This document shows positions 20,406 through 29,985 of a stretch of DNA of 64,000 nt, piece by piece. Made by a program: the position numbers and the translations under genes. Numbering within the stretch: position 1 is the first letter of the stretch; each line of letters opens with the position of its first letter. The notes under the pieces were generated by a model that worked only from the letters and a program-made list of their open reading frames with translations, was not told the origin of the DNA and made no database searches. The stretch covers positions 4,703 to 68,702 of the forward strand of contig JBBIUN010000017.1 in NCBI GenBank assembly GCA_037440225.1, written 5' to 3'. Source of the DNA: Gemmatimonadota bacterium (lineage in GTDB: Bacteria > Gemmatimonadota > Gemmatimonadetes > Gemmatimonadales > GWC2-71-9).

Positions 20406-21476
20406 ATGCGCCAATCCCTGCGATGGTTCGCCTGCTGTCTCACGGTCGTCGCTCCGTCCTGGTGGATTCGGGCGGGCGTCGCGCAACAAGCACCCCGCCC
20501 TTTCCGGGTCGGCACCGCGAGCGCGGCACCCGGCCAAACCGCCACCGGCATCATCCCGGTGCCGGCCGGCAGCGATTCGGGCTACGAGATCCCGGTCGCC
20601 GTGGTCCACGGCAGCCGGCCCGGCAAGGTGCTGGCCCTGGCCGCCGGCTCCCACGGGACCGAGTACGCTTCCATCATCGCCCTCGAACAGCTCATCGGCC
20701 GGCTGGATCCCCGGACCATCGCCGGCACCGTGATCATCGTGCCGCTCATCAATCCCGCCTCGTTCCAACGCATGGTACCCCACCTCAATCCGGTGGACGG
20801 CAAGAACATGAACCGCTTCTTCCCCGGCTCGCCCCAAGGCACCCAAACCGAACGCGCCTCCTGGGCGCTGACCCGGGAAGTGATCGAGCAAAGCGACCAC
20901 GTTATTGACATGCATGGCGGCGACCTGGACGAAAATCTACGGCCCTATACCTACTGGACCGTGACCGGCCGCGCTGCCCAGGATTCCATCGCTCGCGAGA
21001 TGGCCCTGGCCTTCGGCTTCGATCACATCATCGTGAGCGCCGACCGCCCCAAGGATCCCGCCGCCTCGCGCTACCTCGAAAACACCGCCTCCACCCGCGG
21101 GAAGGCGTCCCTCACCGTGGAAGCCGGCCGCGCCGGCCGGGTCGAACCGGAAGCTGTCCAGGCGCTGGTGGAGGGCACGCTCAACGTGATGGCCTACCTC
21201 CGCATGATCGAGCGGCGGTTCGCCTTCGCGGAACATCCGGTTTGGCTGGAGCGGGTGCTCACCGTGACCAGCGAGGCCACCGGGATCTTCTACCCCCTGG
21301 TGGACCGCGGCACCTACGTGGCCAGCGGCATGAAACTGGGCTATGTGACCGACTACGTGGGCCGCGTGATCTTCGAACCGCGGGCCCCGGAGGCCGGTGT
21401 GGTCACGTTCGTGCGGGCCGTCCCCTCGCTCAATCGCGGCGAAACCGTCGCCAACATCGGCGTGGTGGCGAAATGA
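20406..21476 (+). CDS. Secreted succinylglutamate desuccinylase/aspartoacylase (M14-like) family zinc hydrolase
   Basis: 356 aa. Signal peptide (…RAGVA|QQAP). Motifs GSHGTEYASI and DMHGGD are typical of the AstE/AspA family. Confidence 0.65.
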   Translation: MRQSLRWFACCLTVVAPSWWIRAGVAQQAPRPFRVGTASAAPGQTATGIIPVPAGSDSGYEIPVAVVHGSRPGKVLALAAGSHGTEYASIIALEQLIGRLDPRTIAGTVIIVPLINPASFQRMVPHLNPVDGKNMNRFFPGSPQGTQTERASWALTREVIEQSDHVIDMHGGDLDENLRPYTYWTVTGRAAQDSIAREMALAFGFDHIIVSADRPKDPAASRYLENTASTRGKASLTVEAGRAGRVEPEAVQALVEGTLNVMAYLRMIERRFAFAEHPVWLERVLTVTSEATGIFYPLVDRGTYVASGMKLGYVTDYVGRVIFEPRAPEAGVVTFVRAVPSLNRGETVANIGVVAK

Positions 21477-21541
21477 CCAGGACGACTAGACGCAGCGCGC
21501 CCAAGCGCGGCAGCGTGGCCCGGCTCGATCCGCGAGGGAGC

Positions 21542-22261
21542 CTACCCTGCCTCCTCACCTCGGCCCTCGGGGCCCTCCGGTTTGCCAGGTCCGCCTCCAC
21601 CCGTGGACTCGCCGGTCTGCGGCCCCTGCCATCCCAGCGATTGGGCCCGAGCGAGCAGCTCGCGGACTTCCTCGTCCGTGGTCTGCGTGAAATCCTCGTA
21701 CCAATACCCCACCGCGCCGAACGCGGGAGGGACCAAAGCGCAGACCACATCGTCGGCCTCGCGGAGCAAGAGATCCCGCGCCTGGACCGAGCAGACCGGC
21801 GCCGCGATGACGACGCAAGCAGCCCCGAGCTGCCGTACCGCCTTGAGCGCCGCCAGCGCCGTCGAACCCGTGGCAATCCCGTCGTCCACGATGACCGCCG
21901 TCCGGTCCCGAACTTGAGGCTTAGCCCCGCCAAACAGCGCCACCCGAGCCTCTACTTCACCGCGCTCCCGCTGGATGACCTCCTCGACGTAACTGCGAGG
22001 TACCCCAAGAAAGCGGATGGTCTCCTCATCGAGCACCGTGACCCCCGGGGCCACGGCGCCGATGGCCAGTTCCGGGCGCCCCGGCGCACCCAGCTTGCGG
22101 ACCACCAACACGTGCAGCGGCGCTTCCAAACCCTGAGCCACCTCGTACGCCACGCACACCCCGCCCCGGGGCAGCCCCAGCACGACCGGCCGCTCCGCGC
22201 GGTACGAGGTCAACATCCCGGCTAACCGGCGCCCCGCTTCCCGGCGGTTGGCGAAGACCAT
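21542..22261 (-). CDS. Phosphoribosyltransferase-domain protein
   Basis: Start trimmed to the ATG at 22261 (MVFANRREAGRRLAGML…VVLGLPRGGV…). PRPP-binding loop AVIVDDGIATGST. The upstream part of the 393-aa track ORF looks non-coding. Confidence 0.7.
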   Translation of the reverse strand: MVFANRREAGRRLAGMLTSYRAERPVVLGLPRGGVCVAYEVAQGLEAPLHVLVVRKLGAPGRPELAIGAVAPGVTVLDEETIRFLGVPRSYVEEVIQRERGEVEARVALFGGAKPQVRDRTAVIVDDGIATGSTALAALKAVRQLGAACVVIAAPVCSVQARDLLLREADDVVCALVPPAFGAVGYWYEDFTQTTDEEVRELLARAQSLGWQGPQTGESTGGGGPGKPEGPEGRGEEAG

Positions 22262-22390
22262 GCGATTTCCCCTCCTAGGCTGCGGTCCCGCCACCGCCAG
22301 GAAACCTAGCTGAAACCGCACCTGGCAGCCTCCCAGCTTCAGCCACGGTGTCTTGCATTTTGCCAGACCGGGCCGGATACTTCCGGGACG

Positions 22391-24070
22391 ATGCGCTGGC
22401 CCGGTGGGAAAACGCGGGAGATACCCCCGCCACGGACGGCCACGTCGCCCCTGGCCTACCACCTGCTTCAGTGGGTTTACGTGGGCAGGGTGCTCGTGGC
22501 CATCGTGGTGTTTGTGGCGGCTGCGTTCTACTTCCGAGCCCAGCCCCCCGAGGCGATCGTGGCCCTGGCCGCGGCCGCGATCGCCAGCGTGGTGATGAGC
22601 AGTTTTTCGGCGTGGTACACCCACATCCGCCGCGCCAGCCCCCGGGCAACCTTTCTGTACCTGCAGTCGCTGTTCGACATCGCGCTCGTCACCACAATCG
22701 TCCATTGGACCGGCGGCGCCCAAAGCGACTTCTCGGCACTGTACATCCTGGTGATCGCGGTCAGTGCGGTGTTGATGCCGGTGGCCTCAGGACTCCTCGT
22801 CACCCTGCTGGCGAGCCTGGTGTACTTCGCCGATATCGTCTGGTGGCACCCCATCCAACTGTCGGTTCCGGTGGGCCTGCAGATTGCCGTCTTCCTGAGC
22901 GTGGCGGTGGCGACGGGGTGGCTGGCCAGTCGCGTGAGCGCTGTCGGCGCCCAGCATGAGGTCCTCAAGAAGGAAGTCACCCGGCTTAGACTGGAGGCAG
23001 GCGACATCCTCCGGAACATCCGCAGCGGGATCGTGACGGTGGATGGCGAGGGCAACCTGCTCTATGCCAACCCCGCCGCGGAGGAGCTGCTCGGTGTGAA
23101 CGCCGGCTCCCTGGTGGGCCGGCCCTTCGAGGAGGTGCTCCGGTCGCGCTCGCCCGAGCTGTGGGATGCCATCCGCGCCGCGCGGCAAGAGGGCCGCCGG
23201 ACGGTTCGCGGTGAGGGCCACCTGGTGGTCAATGGGCGCTCCTTCCCCATCGGCCTCACCACCACGGCCCTGGACGCCGAGCCCGGCGACCGCCCTTCGG
23301 TCACCGCCATCTTCAGCAACATCTCCGACCAGAAGCGCCTGGAGGAGCTGCATCTGCGCGCCGAACGCCTGGAGGCGGTGGCGGAACTGTCGGCTTCCCT
23401 GGCGCACGAGATCAAGAACCCGCTCGCCTCCATCCGTTCCTCGGTCGAGCAACTGGCCCGCTCCGCCCGGGCCGATGAGGACGAGCAGCTCCTGGCCCAG
23501 TTGGTGATCCGGGAGAGCGATCGGTTGGATCGGCTGTTGAGCGAGTTCCTGGACTTCTCCCGGGTCCGCGTCACGCACGCGAGGGACGTGGACCTGCTGG
23601 CCGTGGCACGAGCCGGGGTGGAACTGGTCCGCCGGCACCCCAACACTCCGACGGGCACGAACCTTGCCATCGAAGGCGAGCCGCTGCACGTGGAAGGAGA
23701 CGAAGATCTCTTGCATCGCGTGGTGGTCAATCTGGTGCTCAACGCGGTCCAAGCCTCGGGCCCTGGAGCACGGGTGGCGGTTCGCGTGCGCCGGCCCCAG
23801 CCCGGCCAGGTGCCTCCAGGCATGGCACTCGACGATCCGGTATTGCTGGAAGTGAACGACAACGGGCCCGGGATCCCCGCGGAGCTGCGTACCCGGCTTT
23901 TCGATCCCTTCGTTACGGGCCGCCCCGGGGGCTCCGGGCTCGGCTTGGCCATCGTGCAGCGCGCCGTGCAGGCCCACCGCGGGGTGGTCTGGGTGGAATC
24001 GGCGCCGGGCCGGGGCACCACCTTCAGCGTCGTGCTCCCGTCCCGCCTGGGGGCGGAGGCTCATCCGTGA
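22391..24070 (+). CDS. pilS: PilS-like sensor histidine kinase (6 TM, PAS, HisKA, HATPase)
   Basis: 559 aa. Six N-terminal hydrophobic segments, a PAS-like region (RSGIVTVDGEGNLLYANPAAEELLG), H-box LAHEIKNPLASI, and N/G boxes (VLNAVQA…DNGPGIP…GGSGLGLAIV). Confidence 0.8.
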   Translation: MRWPGGKTREIPPPRTATSPLAYHLLQWVYVGRVLVAIVVFVAAAFYFRAQPPEAIVALAAAAIASVVMSSFSAWYTHIRRASPRATFLYLQSLFDIALVTTIVHWTGGAQSDFSALYILVIAVSAVLMPVASGLLVTLLASLVYFADIVWWHPIQLSVPVGLQIAVFLSVAVATGWLASRVSAVGAQHEVLKKEVTRLRLEAGDILRNIRSGIVTVDGEGNLLYANPAAEELLGVNAGSLVGRPFEEVLRSRSPELWDAIRAARQEGRRTVRGEGHLVVNGRSFPIGLTTTALDAEPGDRPSVTAIFSNISDQKRLEELHLRAERLEAVAELSASLAHEIKNPLASIRSSVEQLARSARADEDEQLLAQLVIRESDRLDRLLSEFLDFSRVRVTHARDVDLLAVARAGVELVRRHPNTPTGTNLAIEGEPLHVEGDEDLLHRVVVNLVLNAVQASGPGARVAVRVRRPQPGQVPPGMALDDPVLLEVNDNGPGIPAELRTRLFDPFVTGRPGGSGLGLAIVQRAVQAHRGVVWVESAPGRGTTFSVVLPSRLGAEAHP

Positions 24071-25437
24071 GCGCGGTCAAACCTGGCATCCTGATCATTG
24101 ACGACGAGCAGGGCATCTTGGAGTCCCTGCGTATTCTCTTCAAGCACCACGGCTTCGACGTGGAGATCGCCCAGGGCGGCAAGGCGGGTCTGGAGGCGCT
24201 CAGGCGCGGCCGGCCCGACGTGGTGCTCGCCGACATCAAGATGCCCGGCGTCTCCGGACTCGACATCCTGGCCGCCGCCAAGGAGCTGGACGCGGAAACC
24301 CCGGTCATCTTGATGACCGCTCAAGCCTCTCTGGAAACCGCTATCGAGGCGGTCAATCGTGGCGCCTTCCAGTACATCCAGAAACCGTTCCCCAACGATT
24401 ACCTGCTCGAGATTTGCCGCCGCGCGCTGGAACACCGGCGGCTGCGGTTCGAGAACCGGAACCTGAGGCCGGTCTCGCCGGAAGGGCGGCTTCCTCTGGT
24501 CCGGCCCATCGGCACCTCACCCGCCTTCCTGGAGGTGCTGCGCCTGGCGGAACAGGTGGGTCCCACCGAGTCCACTGTCCTCATCCAGGGCGAAAGCGGC
24601 ACCGGCAAGGAGGTCCTGGCCCGCCACATCCACCGGCTGTCACCGCGCCGCAACGGGCCCTTCCTCTCGCTCAACTGCGGTGCGCTGCCGGAAAGCCTGC
24701 TGGAATCCGAGCTGTTTGGCCACGTGAAAGGGTCGTTCACCGGCGCCGTGCGCGACAAGGTTGGCCTCTTTGCCGCCGCCCGAGGGGGAACATTTTTTCT
24801 GGACGAAATCGCCGAGATGGCCCCAGCCACCCAGGTCAAGCTCCTCCGCGTGCTCCAAGAACGAGAAGCCCTTCCCGTGGGCGCCGTCGAGCCCGTCCCC
24901 GTGGACGTCCGCGTGATCGCCGCCACCAACCGGGACCTGGACGAAGCGCTCCGCCGCGGCACGTTCCGCTCCGACCTCTACTACCGCCTCAACGTGATCT
25001 CGCTCAGACTGCCCCCCCTGCGCGAGCGGCGCGAAGACATCCCCCTGCTCGCCGAGGCGTTCCTTCGCCGCCTGGCGCAGGAACGCGGCCAGCCGGTCCG
25101 ACGGCTGTCCCAGGCGGCCCTGGACGCGCTCCTCGCCTACCAGTGGCCGGGCAACGTGCGGGAGCTGGAGAATGCCCTGGAGCACGCCGTGACCCTGAGC
25201 CGGGGCGAGGAAATCGGGGTGGAGGCCCTGCCCGCACGCGTCACCTGCCCCAAGCCGGAACCGCTGGTCCAGGAACGCCCCCGCGCCAACCCCACCCTGG
25301 AGGCCATCGAGCGGGCCTATATCCTGTGGGTCTTGCAGTCCGAAGGCGGCAACAAGAGCCGCGCCGCCGAAGTCCTAGGGATCGATCCGTCCACCTTGTA
25401 TCGCAAGCTGGCGCGCTACGAGCAGGAATCGGCCTGA
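24067..25437 (+). CDS. pilR: PilR-like sigma54-dependent response regulator (NtrC family)
   Basis: GTG 24067 overlaps the kinase stop (GTGA). Receiver with an intact phospho-Asp (VVLADIKMPG). AAA+ module with GESGTGKE and GSFTGA. C-terminal Fis-type HTH (GNKSRAAEVLGIDPSTLYRKL). Confidence 0.85.
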   Translation: MSAVKPGILIIDDEQGILESLRILFKHHGFDVEIAQGGKAGLEALRRGRPDVVLADIKMPGVSGLDILAAAKELDAETPVILMTAQASLETAIEAVNRGAFQYIQKPFPNDYLLEICRRALEHRRLRFENRNLRPVSPEGRLPLVRPIGTSPAFLEVLRLAEQVGPTESTVLIQGESGTGKEVLARHIHRLSPRRNGPFLSLNCGALPESLLESELFGHVKGSFTGAVRDKVGLFAAARGGTFFLDEIAEMAPATQVKLLRVLQEREALPVGAVEPVPVDVRVIAATNRDLDEALRRGTFRSDLYYRLNVISLRLPPLRERREDIPLLAEAFLRRLAQERGQPVRRLSQAALDALLAYQWPGNVRELENALEHAVTLSRGEEIGVEALPARVTCPKPEPLVQERPRANPTLEAIERAYILWVLQSEGGNKSRAAEVLGIDPSTLYRKLARYEQESA

Positions 25438-25439
25438 AC

Positions 25440-26180
25440 ATGGCCGGCACCCCCATCCCGCGCGACTGGAACGACATCCTCCTCACCGCCGTCATGCCGG
25501 CCTACAACGAGGAGGCCACCGTCGAGGCTGCGGTGCGCCGACTCCGGGAGGCTCCCCTGCGGCTGGAAATCATCTGCGTCAACGACGCCTCCCAGGACCG
25601 GACGGGCGAGATCCTGGAGCAGCTCAAGGGGCAGGGTCTGGTAGATCGGGTCATCCACCAACCCCGCAACCTGGGCAAGGGCGCCGCCGTGCGAGCCGGC
25701 ATCCGAGCCGCCACCGGCCACGTCATCGTGATCCAGGACGCGGACCTGGAATACGATCCCGCGGACCTACCAACCCTGCTCGAGCCCATCCGCCTCGACA
25801 AGGCAGACGCGGTCTTCGGGTCGCGCTTCCAAGCGGGACCGCGCCGGGTGCTCTATTTCTGGCATTCGGTGGGGAACCGGTTCTTGACCTTGCTCTCCAA
25901 CATGTTCACCGATCTCAACCTGACCGACATGGAAACCTGCTACAAGATGGTGCGGGCGGACCTCATGAAGTCGCTCGAGCTTACGTCCAATCGGTTCGGC
26001 ATCGAGGTCGAACTGACCGCCCGCCTGGCCCAGGCAGGGGCGCGCATCTGGGAGGTCCCCATCAGCTATAGCGGGCGCACCTACGCCGAGGGCAAGAAAA
26101 TAGACTGGCGAGATGGCATGGCCGCCATCTGGCACATCATCAGGTTCAATCTGTTCAGGCCGCGGCGCCGGACTCGGTGA
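25440..26180 (+). CDS. Family 2 glycosyltransferase, polyprenyl-phosphate sugar synthase-like
   Basis: The ATG lies 2 nt after the pilR stop. AVMPAYNEE…ICVNDASQDRT…VIQDADLEYDP…(ED) motifs of a GT-A/GT2 fold. ~246 aa, resembling dolichyl-/undecaprenyl-phosphate glycosyl synthases. Confidence 0.75.
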   Translation: MAGTPIPRDWNDILLTAVMPAYNEEATVEAAVRRLREAPLRLEIICVNDASQDRTGEILEQLKGQGLVDRVIHQPRNLGKGAAVRAGIRAATGHVIVIQDADLEYDPADLPTLLEPIRLDKADAVFGSRFQAGPRRVLYFWHSVGNRFLTLLSNMFTDLNLTDMETCYKMVRADLMKSLELTSNRFGIEVELTARLAQAGARIWEVPISYSGRTYAEGKKIDWRDGMAAIWHIIRFNLFRPRRRTR

Positions 26181-28165
26181 TCGCCCGCCTGACCCGCGCC
26201 GCCTGGCTCGCCATCGGCGCGGCGCTCCTGGTGCTGCCCGCCTTGCCCCTGCCTGCCTGGTCGGGAGCCCCCGATGCTGGCCCCATCTGGACCCCCCAAG
26301 TGGAAGCCTGGGGCATCGGACTCGCCGCGGTGCTTGCCATAGCCCTCACGGCGGGCCGCGCCGCCCGCTGGATGCCAGGTGTCGAGGTACCCTGGCCCCG
26401 GCTGCCGGACAAAGCCCTCCTGGCCGCGGCGGCCCTGTTGCTGAGCGTGGGGGCGGCGTACGTCATGCAGCACCTGTTCGCCGGCAATCCGCACCTGGTT
26501 GACGAGATGGCCCAGCTCTTCCACGCCCGGGTCTTCGCATACGGCCGGCTCGCCGCCCCACGGCCCGAGCCACCGGCTGCGTTTCTCATCACCCACACTT
26601 GGACCACAGAGGCCGGTTGGGTCTCCCAATACCCGCCGGGCCAGACGGCATTGCTCGCGCTGGGTCTCTTGCTCCGAGCGGAATGGCTGGTCAATCCCAT
26701 CCTCGGTGGGCTGAGCACCCTCTTGGTATACCGAGTGGCCAAGGGGCTCTACGGGCGCGCCACCGCCCTGGCCGCAGCACTGCTGTGGGCCCTCTCGGCG
26801 TGGGTGCTGTTCATGTCGGGCACCTACCTGAACCACGTAGGCGCCGTAAGCTTCGCCTTGGTTGCTTGGGCCGTGGTCCTGGGGTCGCGCGAGCATCGTA
26901 CCTGGCACTGGCTGGTCGCGGGCGGCGCGCTCGCCGCCACCGCCGCCACGCGGCCCCTCGATGGACTGGCCGCAGCGCTGCCCCTTCTCGTGTGGATCCT
27001 AGGACACCATCGCCGCCTGGCAGCGTTGAGCTGGATGACCGCAGGCGGCCTGCCCATCATGCTGGTCTGGGGCTACCTCAACTGGCGCATCTACGGCCAC
27101 CCCCTGAGGCTGGGCTACACGGCGCTCTACGGCTCCGAACACAGCTTGGGATTCCATCCCGATCCCTGGGGCCAGCCCTTCACGCCGGCTATCGCCCTGA
27201 GTAACCTGGCCGTAGGCATCCGCCGGCTCCACCTCTACTTGTACGAATGGCCCATCCCGGCCCTCCTCCCCTTGGCTGCTTGGGCCGTGGCCGGCCGCCA
27301 GCGCCGCTTGAGGGACCTGGTCCTCGCCGCCGGAATCATCTCCGTTCCGGCGCTCTACTTCTTCTACTGGCACTCGGGCTTCTACCTCGGGCCCCGGTTC
27401 TATTACACGGCCGCCCCCTTTCTGGTGATCGCTACCGCCCGTGCTTGGCGGGCGGGCTGGCTCTGGGCTCACCGGCGGCGGTCGGGTCCGGTGCGAGCTG
27501 ACGTGGCGCTCGCCGCCGCCGGGCTCGGCGTGGTGCTGTGGGGATCGCTCGGTGTTCTGCCAAGCCGCTGGGAGGTTTACCGCGAGGGCCTGGCCACGCT
27601 CAAGCTCCATCCGGAGCGCGAACTTGCCGCCCGCGGCGTCCGGCGCGCCCTGGTGCTCGTTCCCGAGAGCTTCGGCAGCCGCACCATCGTGCGGCTCTGG
27701 GCCTTAGGAGTGCCTCCAGGATTGGTCGAGCGCGCCTACCGCCGGCTGGACACGTGCGATCTCTATCGCTTCACCAGAGCTGCGGAGGCCGCCGCTTGGC
27801 CCCCGCCGGATGTGACGGCACGCTTGGAACGCCTGGAGGAGGCAACCGGCGATCCACCTCCGCTGCTCAAGACCTGGCCGGACCCCACCGTCCGGTTCCG
27901 GCCCGGATCCACCCCGCCGGAGGAATGCCAGGTAGAACTGCGCCGCGACCTCGCCGGGTTTACCCTGTTCGGCTACCTGGCGTGGCGGAATCCCGTGGGA
28001 CTCTCGGATGGGGTCGTGTTCGCGCGCGATCTCTTCGAGCAGAACCCGGCGCTCTTGGCCCGCTATCCGGGCTGGGAAGTGTGGCGATTCGCCCCCCGCC
28101 CGGATCGGCCCAACGGCCCGCCGGTGCTCACCCGCCTAGACCCTCACCCCGAGGCGCCGCGATGA
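26177..28165 (+). CDS. Polytopic GT-C-type glycosyltransferase (ArnT/PMT_2-like) with soluble C-terminal domain
   Basis: GTGA overlap with the GT2 gene. 662 aa with more than 10 TM segments. First-loop acidic motif HLVDEMAQLFHA and a YPPG motif. The ~200-aa C-terminal domain is non-membrane. Confidence 0.6.
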   Translation: MIARLTRAAWLAIGAALLVLPALPLPAWSGAPDAGPIWTPQVEAWGIGLAAVLAIALTAGRAARWMPGVEVPWPRLPDKALLAAAALLLSVGAAYVMQHLFAGNPHLVDEMAQLFHARVFAYGRLAAPRPEPPAAFLITHTWTTEAGWVSQYPPGQTALLALGLLLRAEWLVNPILGGLSTLLVYRVAKGLYGRATALAAALLWALSAWVLFMSGTYLNHVGAVSFALVAWAVVLGSREHRTWHWLVAGGALAATAATRPLDGLAAALPLLVWILGHHRRLAALSWMTAGGLPIMLVWGYLNWRIYGHPLRLGYTALYGSEHSLGFHPDPWGQPFTPAIALSNLAVGIRRLHLYLYEWPIPALLPLAAWAVAGRQRRLRDLVLAAGIISVPALYFFYWHSGFYLGPRFYYTAAPFLVIATARAWRAGWLWAHRRRSGPVRADVALAAAGLGVVLWGSLGVLPSRWEVYREGLATLKLHPERELAARGVRRALVLVPESFGSRTIVRLWALGVPPGLVERAYRRLDTCDLYRFTRAAEAAAWPPPDVTARLERLEEATGDPPPLLKTWPDPTVRFRPGSTPPEECQVELRRDLAGFTLFGYLAWRNPVGLSDGVVFARDLFEQNPALLARYPGWEVWRFAPRPDRPNGPPVLTRLDPHPEAPR

Positions 28166-29985
28166 AGCGCTGGACGGGCGAGTGGCGCCTGCTCGTTGCC
28201 GCTGCCCTGCTCGGTGCCGGCGCCTACGCCGCCACCGCGGGCTTTCAGTTCGTGTACGACGACGTGCACATCATCCAGAACAAGGCCTTGTTGCACTCGC
28301 TCGCTAATTGGCGAGAGATCCTCCGGACCACCTGGTGGGGGCACTCCCTCTACCGGCCGTTCACCGAACTCACCTTCGCCCTGGACTGGACCCTCTCCCA
28401 TGGCGACCCGCGATGGTTCCACGTGGTGAACGTCCTGCTCCACGGCGCGGTGAGCGCTCTGGTCTATGCGCTGGCCAGAAGCGGCCTGAGCCCGGTGGGA
28501 GCGGGCGCTGCGGCGCTGCTTTTTGCGGTCCATCCCGTGCACGTCGAAGCCGTGGCCAACGTGGTGGGTCGGGCCGAACTGTGGGCTGCCCTGTTCACCC
28601 TGGTCGCAGCCCTCGCCTATCGCTGGGACGGGAGGTTGGCCGCTCGTGGAAACCACACCTGGCGCCGCGCGGCGACGTCGCTCGCCTCCCTGCTCGCGGT
28701 ATTCCTCGGCATGGCTTCCAAGGAGACCGCCTTTGCCACTCCGGGCGTCCTCCTGCTGGTGGATTGGTGGGAAGGCCAGCGCACCGGGGAGGGGGCGGCC
28801 CCCACGTTCCGCCGCCACTGGGTGTTGTGGGCTGCCACGGTGGCGCTGAGTCTCGAGTGGCTGTGGATCCGCGCCGGCGTCCTGGGCGAACTGGCCGGGG
28901 ACCATCCCGCGGCCGGGCTGGAGGGCGAGGGCCTGTTGGGCCGGGCCGTGGTGATGGCCCCGGTCGTGCTGCAGTACGCCCGGCTGCTCTTTTTCCCTGC
29001 GCGGCTCTCAGCAGACTACTCTCCCAACTTTCTCCCAGTGCCCGGGAGCTTTACCGGCTCCGTAGCGGCTGGCTTGGTGCTCGCGGCTGCGGCACTGGCG
29101 CTCGCTTTCCGCGCCCGCCAGCGCGCTCCCGCGCTGGCCTTCGGGATCGCCTGGATTGCCGGCACCCTGTTGATCGTGGCGAACCTGATCGTGCCCACCG
29201 GCGTGCTCCTGGCTGAGCGCACCCTGTACCTCCCATCGGTGGGCGCCGTCGTCATGCTCGGCTGGCTGGCCGCCTGGGCCGAAGCCAACTGGCGCCACGC
29301 CGGCGTCGCGCTGGCGGGGCTGGGCGTGGCGTTGGGTATGGCCCGCACCGCCACCCGCATCCCGGTATGGTCGGACAACGCCCGCTTCTTTCCCCAGTTG
29401 GTGAAGGATGCCCCCGGTTCCTATCGCAGCTACTGGGTGGCTGGGGCGATGGCCTACGACGCCGGGGACCCGCGGCGCGGAGAGGCTCTGCTGCGCCGGG
29501 CCCTCGACATTTACCCGCTGCACCCCCGAATGTGGGAGACGCTGGCCGCCCAGCTCGAACGCCAGCAGCGCTGGCTCGAGGCGGCCCAGGCTTTTCGCGC
29601 CGTCTATACGCTGGACAGCACCAACCTCGAAGACGGCGCTCGCGGAATCTTGGCCTTCCTCCGCGCGGGCATGCCGGACAGCGCTCTTTCCTTGGCCGCG
29701 CGCCTCGGCGCCGCCTACCCGGACGCGCCCGCCTACCTCGCCGCCAGGGCGGAGATCGCGCGGGCCCAGGGAAAGCTGCTCGAATCCATGACCTGGCGCC
29801 GCCGGCTGGCTTGGGCGGACCCCAAGGTCTGGCAGTATTGGTTCCTCACCAGCCAGGCGGCACTGGAGGTCCGCGCCTGCTGGGAGGCTCGCCGCTCCCT
29901 GGAAAGGGCGAAAGCGTTGGCCCCGGCCGAACCCCGCCTTGCCGAACTCGAGCAGCGCGTGGCGAAATCCGACTGCCATGCGTGA
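28162..29985 (+). CDS. TMTC-like GT-C membrane glycosyltransferase with C-terminal TPR repeats
   Basis: ATGA overlap. Start trimmed to MKRWTGEW…. First-loop motif FQFVYDDVHIIQNKAL (TMTC/DUF1736-like). About 9-11 TM segments. C-terminal TPR-like repeats (…YRSYWVAGAMAYDAGDPRRGEALLRRALDIYP…). Confidence 0.6.
   Translation: MKRWTGEWRLLVAAALLGAGAYAATAGFQFVYDDVHIIQNKALLHSLANWREILRTTWWGHSLYRPFTELTFALDWTLSHGDPRWFHVVNVLLHGAVSALVYALARSGLSPVGAGAAALLFAVHPVHVEAVANVVGRAELWAALFTLVAALAYRWDGRLAARGNHTWRRAATSLASLLAVFLGMASKETAFATPGVLLLVDWWEGQRTGEGAAPTFRRHWVLWAATVALSLEWLWIRAGVLGELAGDHPAAGLEGEGLLGRAVVMAPVVLQYARLLFFPARLSADYSPNFLPVPGSFTGSVAAGLVLAAAALALAFRARQRAPALAFGIAWIAGTLLIVANLIVPTGVLLAERTLYLPSVGAVVMLGWLAAWAEANWRHAGVALAGLGVALGMARTATRIPVWSDNARFFPQLVKDAPGSYRSYWVAGAMAYDAGDPRRGEALLRRALDIYPLHPRMWETLAAQLERQQRWLEAAQAFRAVYTLDSTNLEDGARGILAFLRAGMPDSALSLAARLGAAYPDAPAYLAARAEIARAQGKLLESMTWRRRLAWADPKVWQYWFLTSQAALEVRACWEARRSLERAKALAPAEPRLAELEQRVAKSDCHA

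Noticed and set aside
22313-22327. Weak sigma54-like sequence TGGCAG-cctcc-cAGC upstream of pilS.
   Set aside because: The GG-N10-GC spacing is correct, but the -12 region lacks the TTGC context and the -24 box has a mismatch. That is too weak to call without TSS data.
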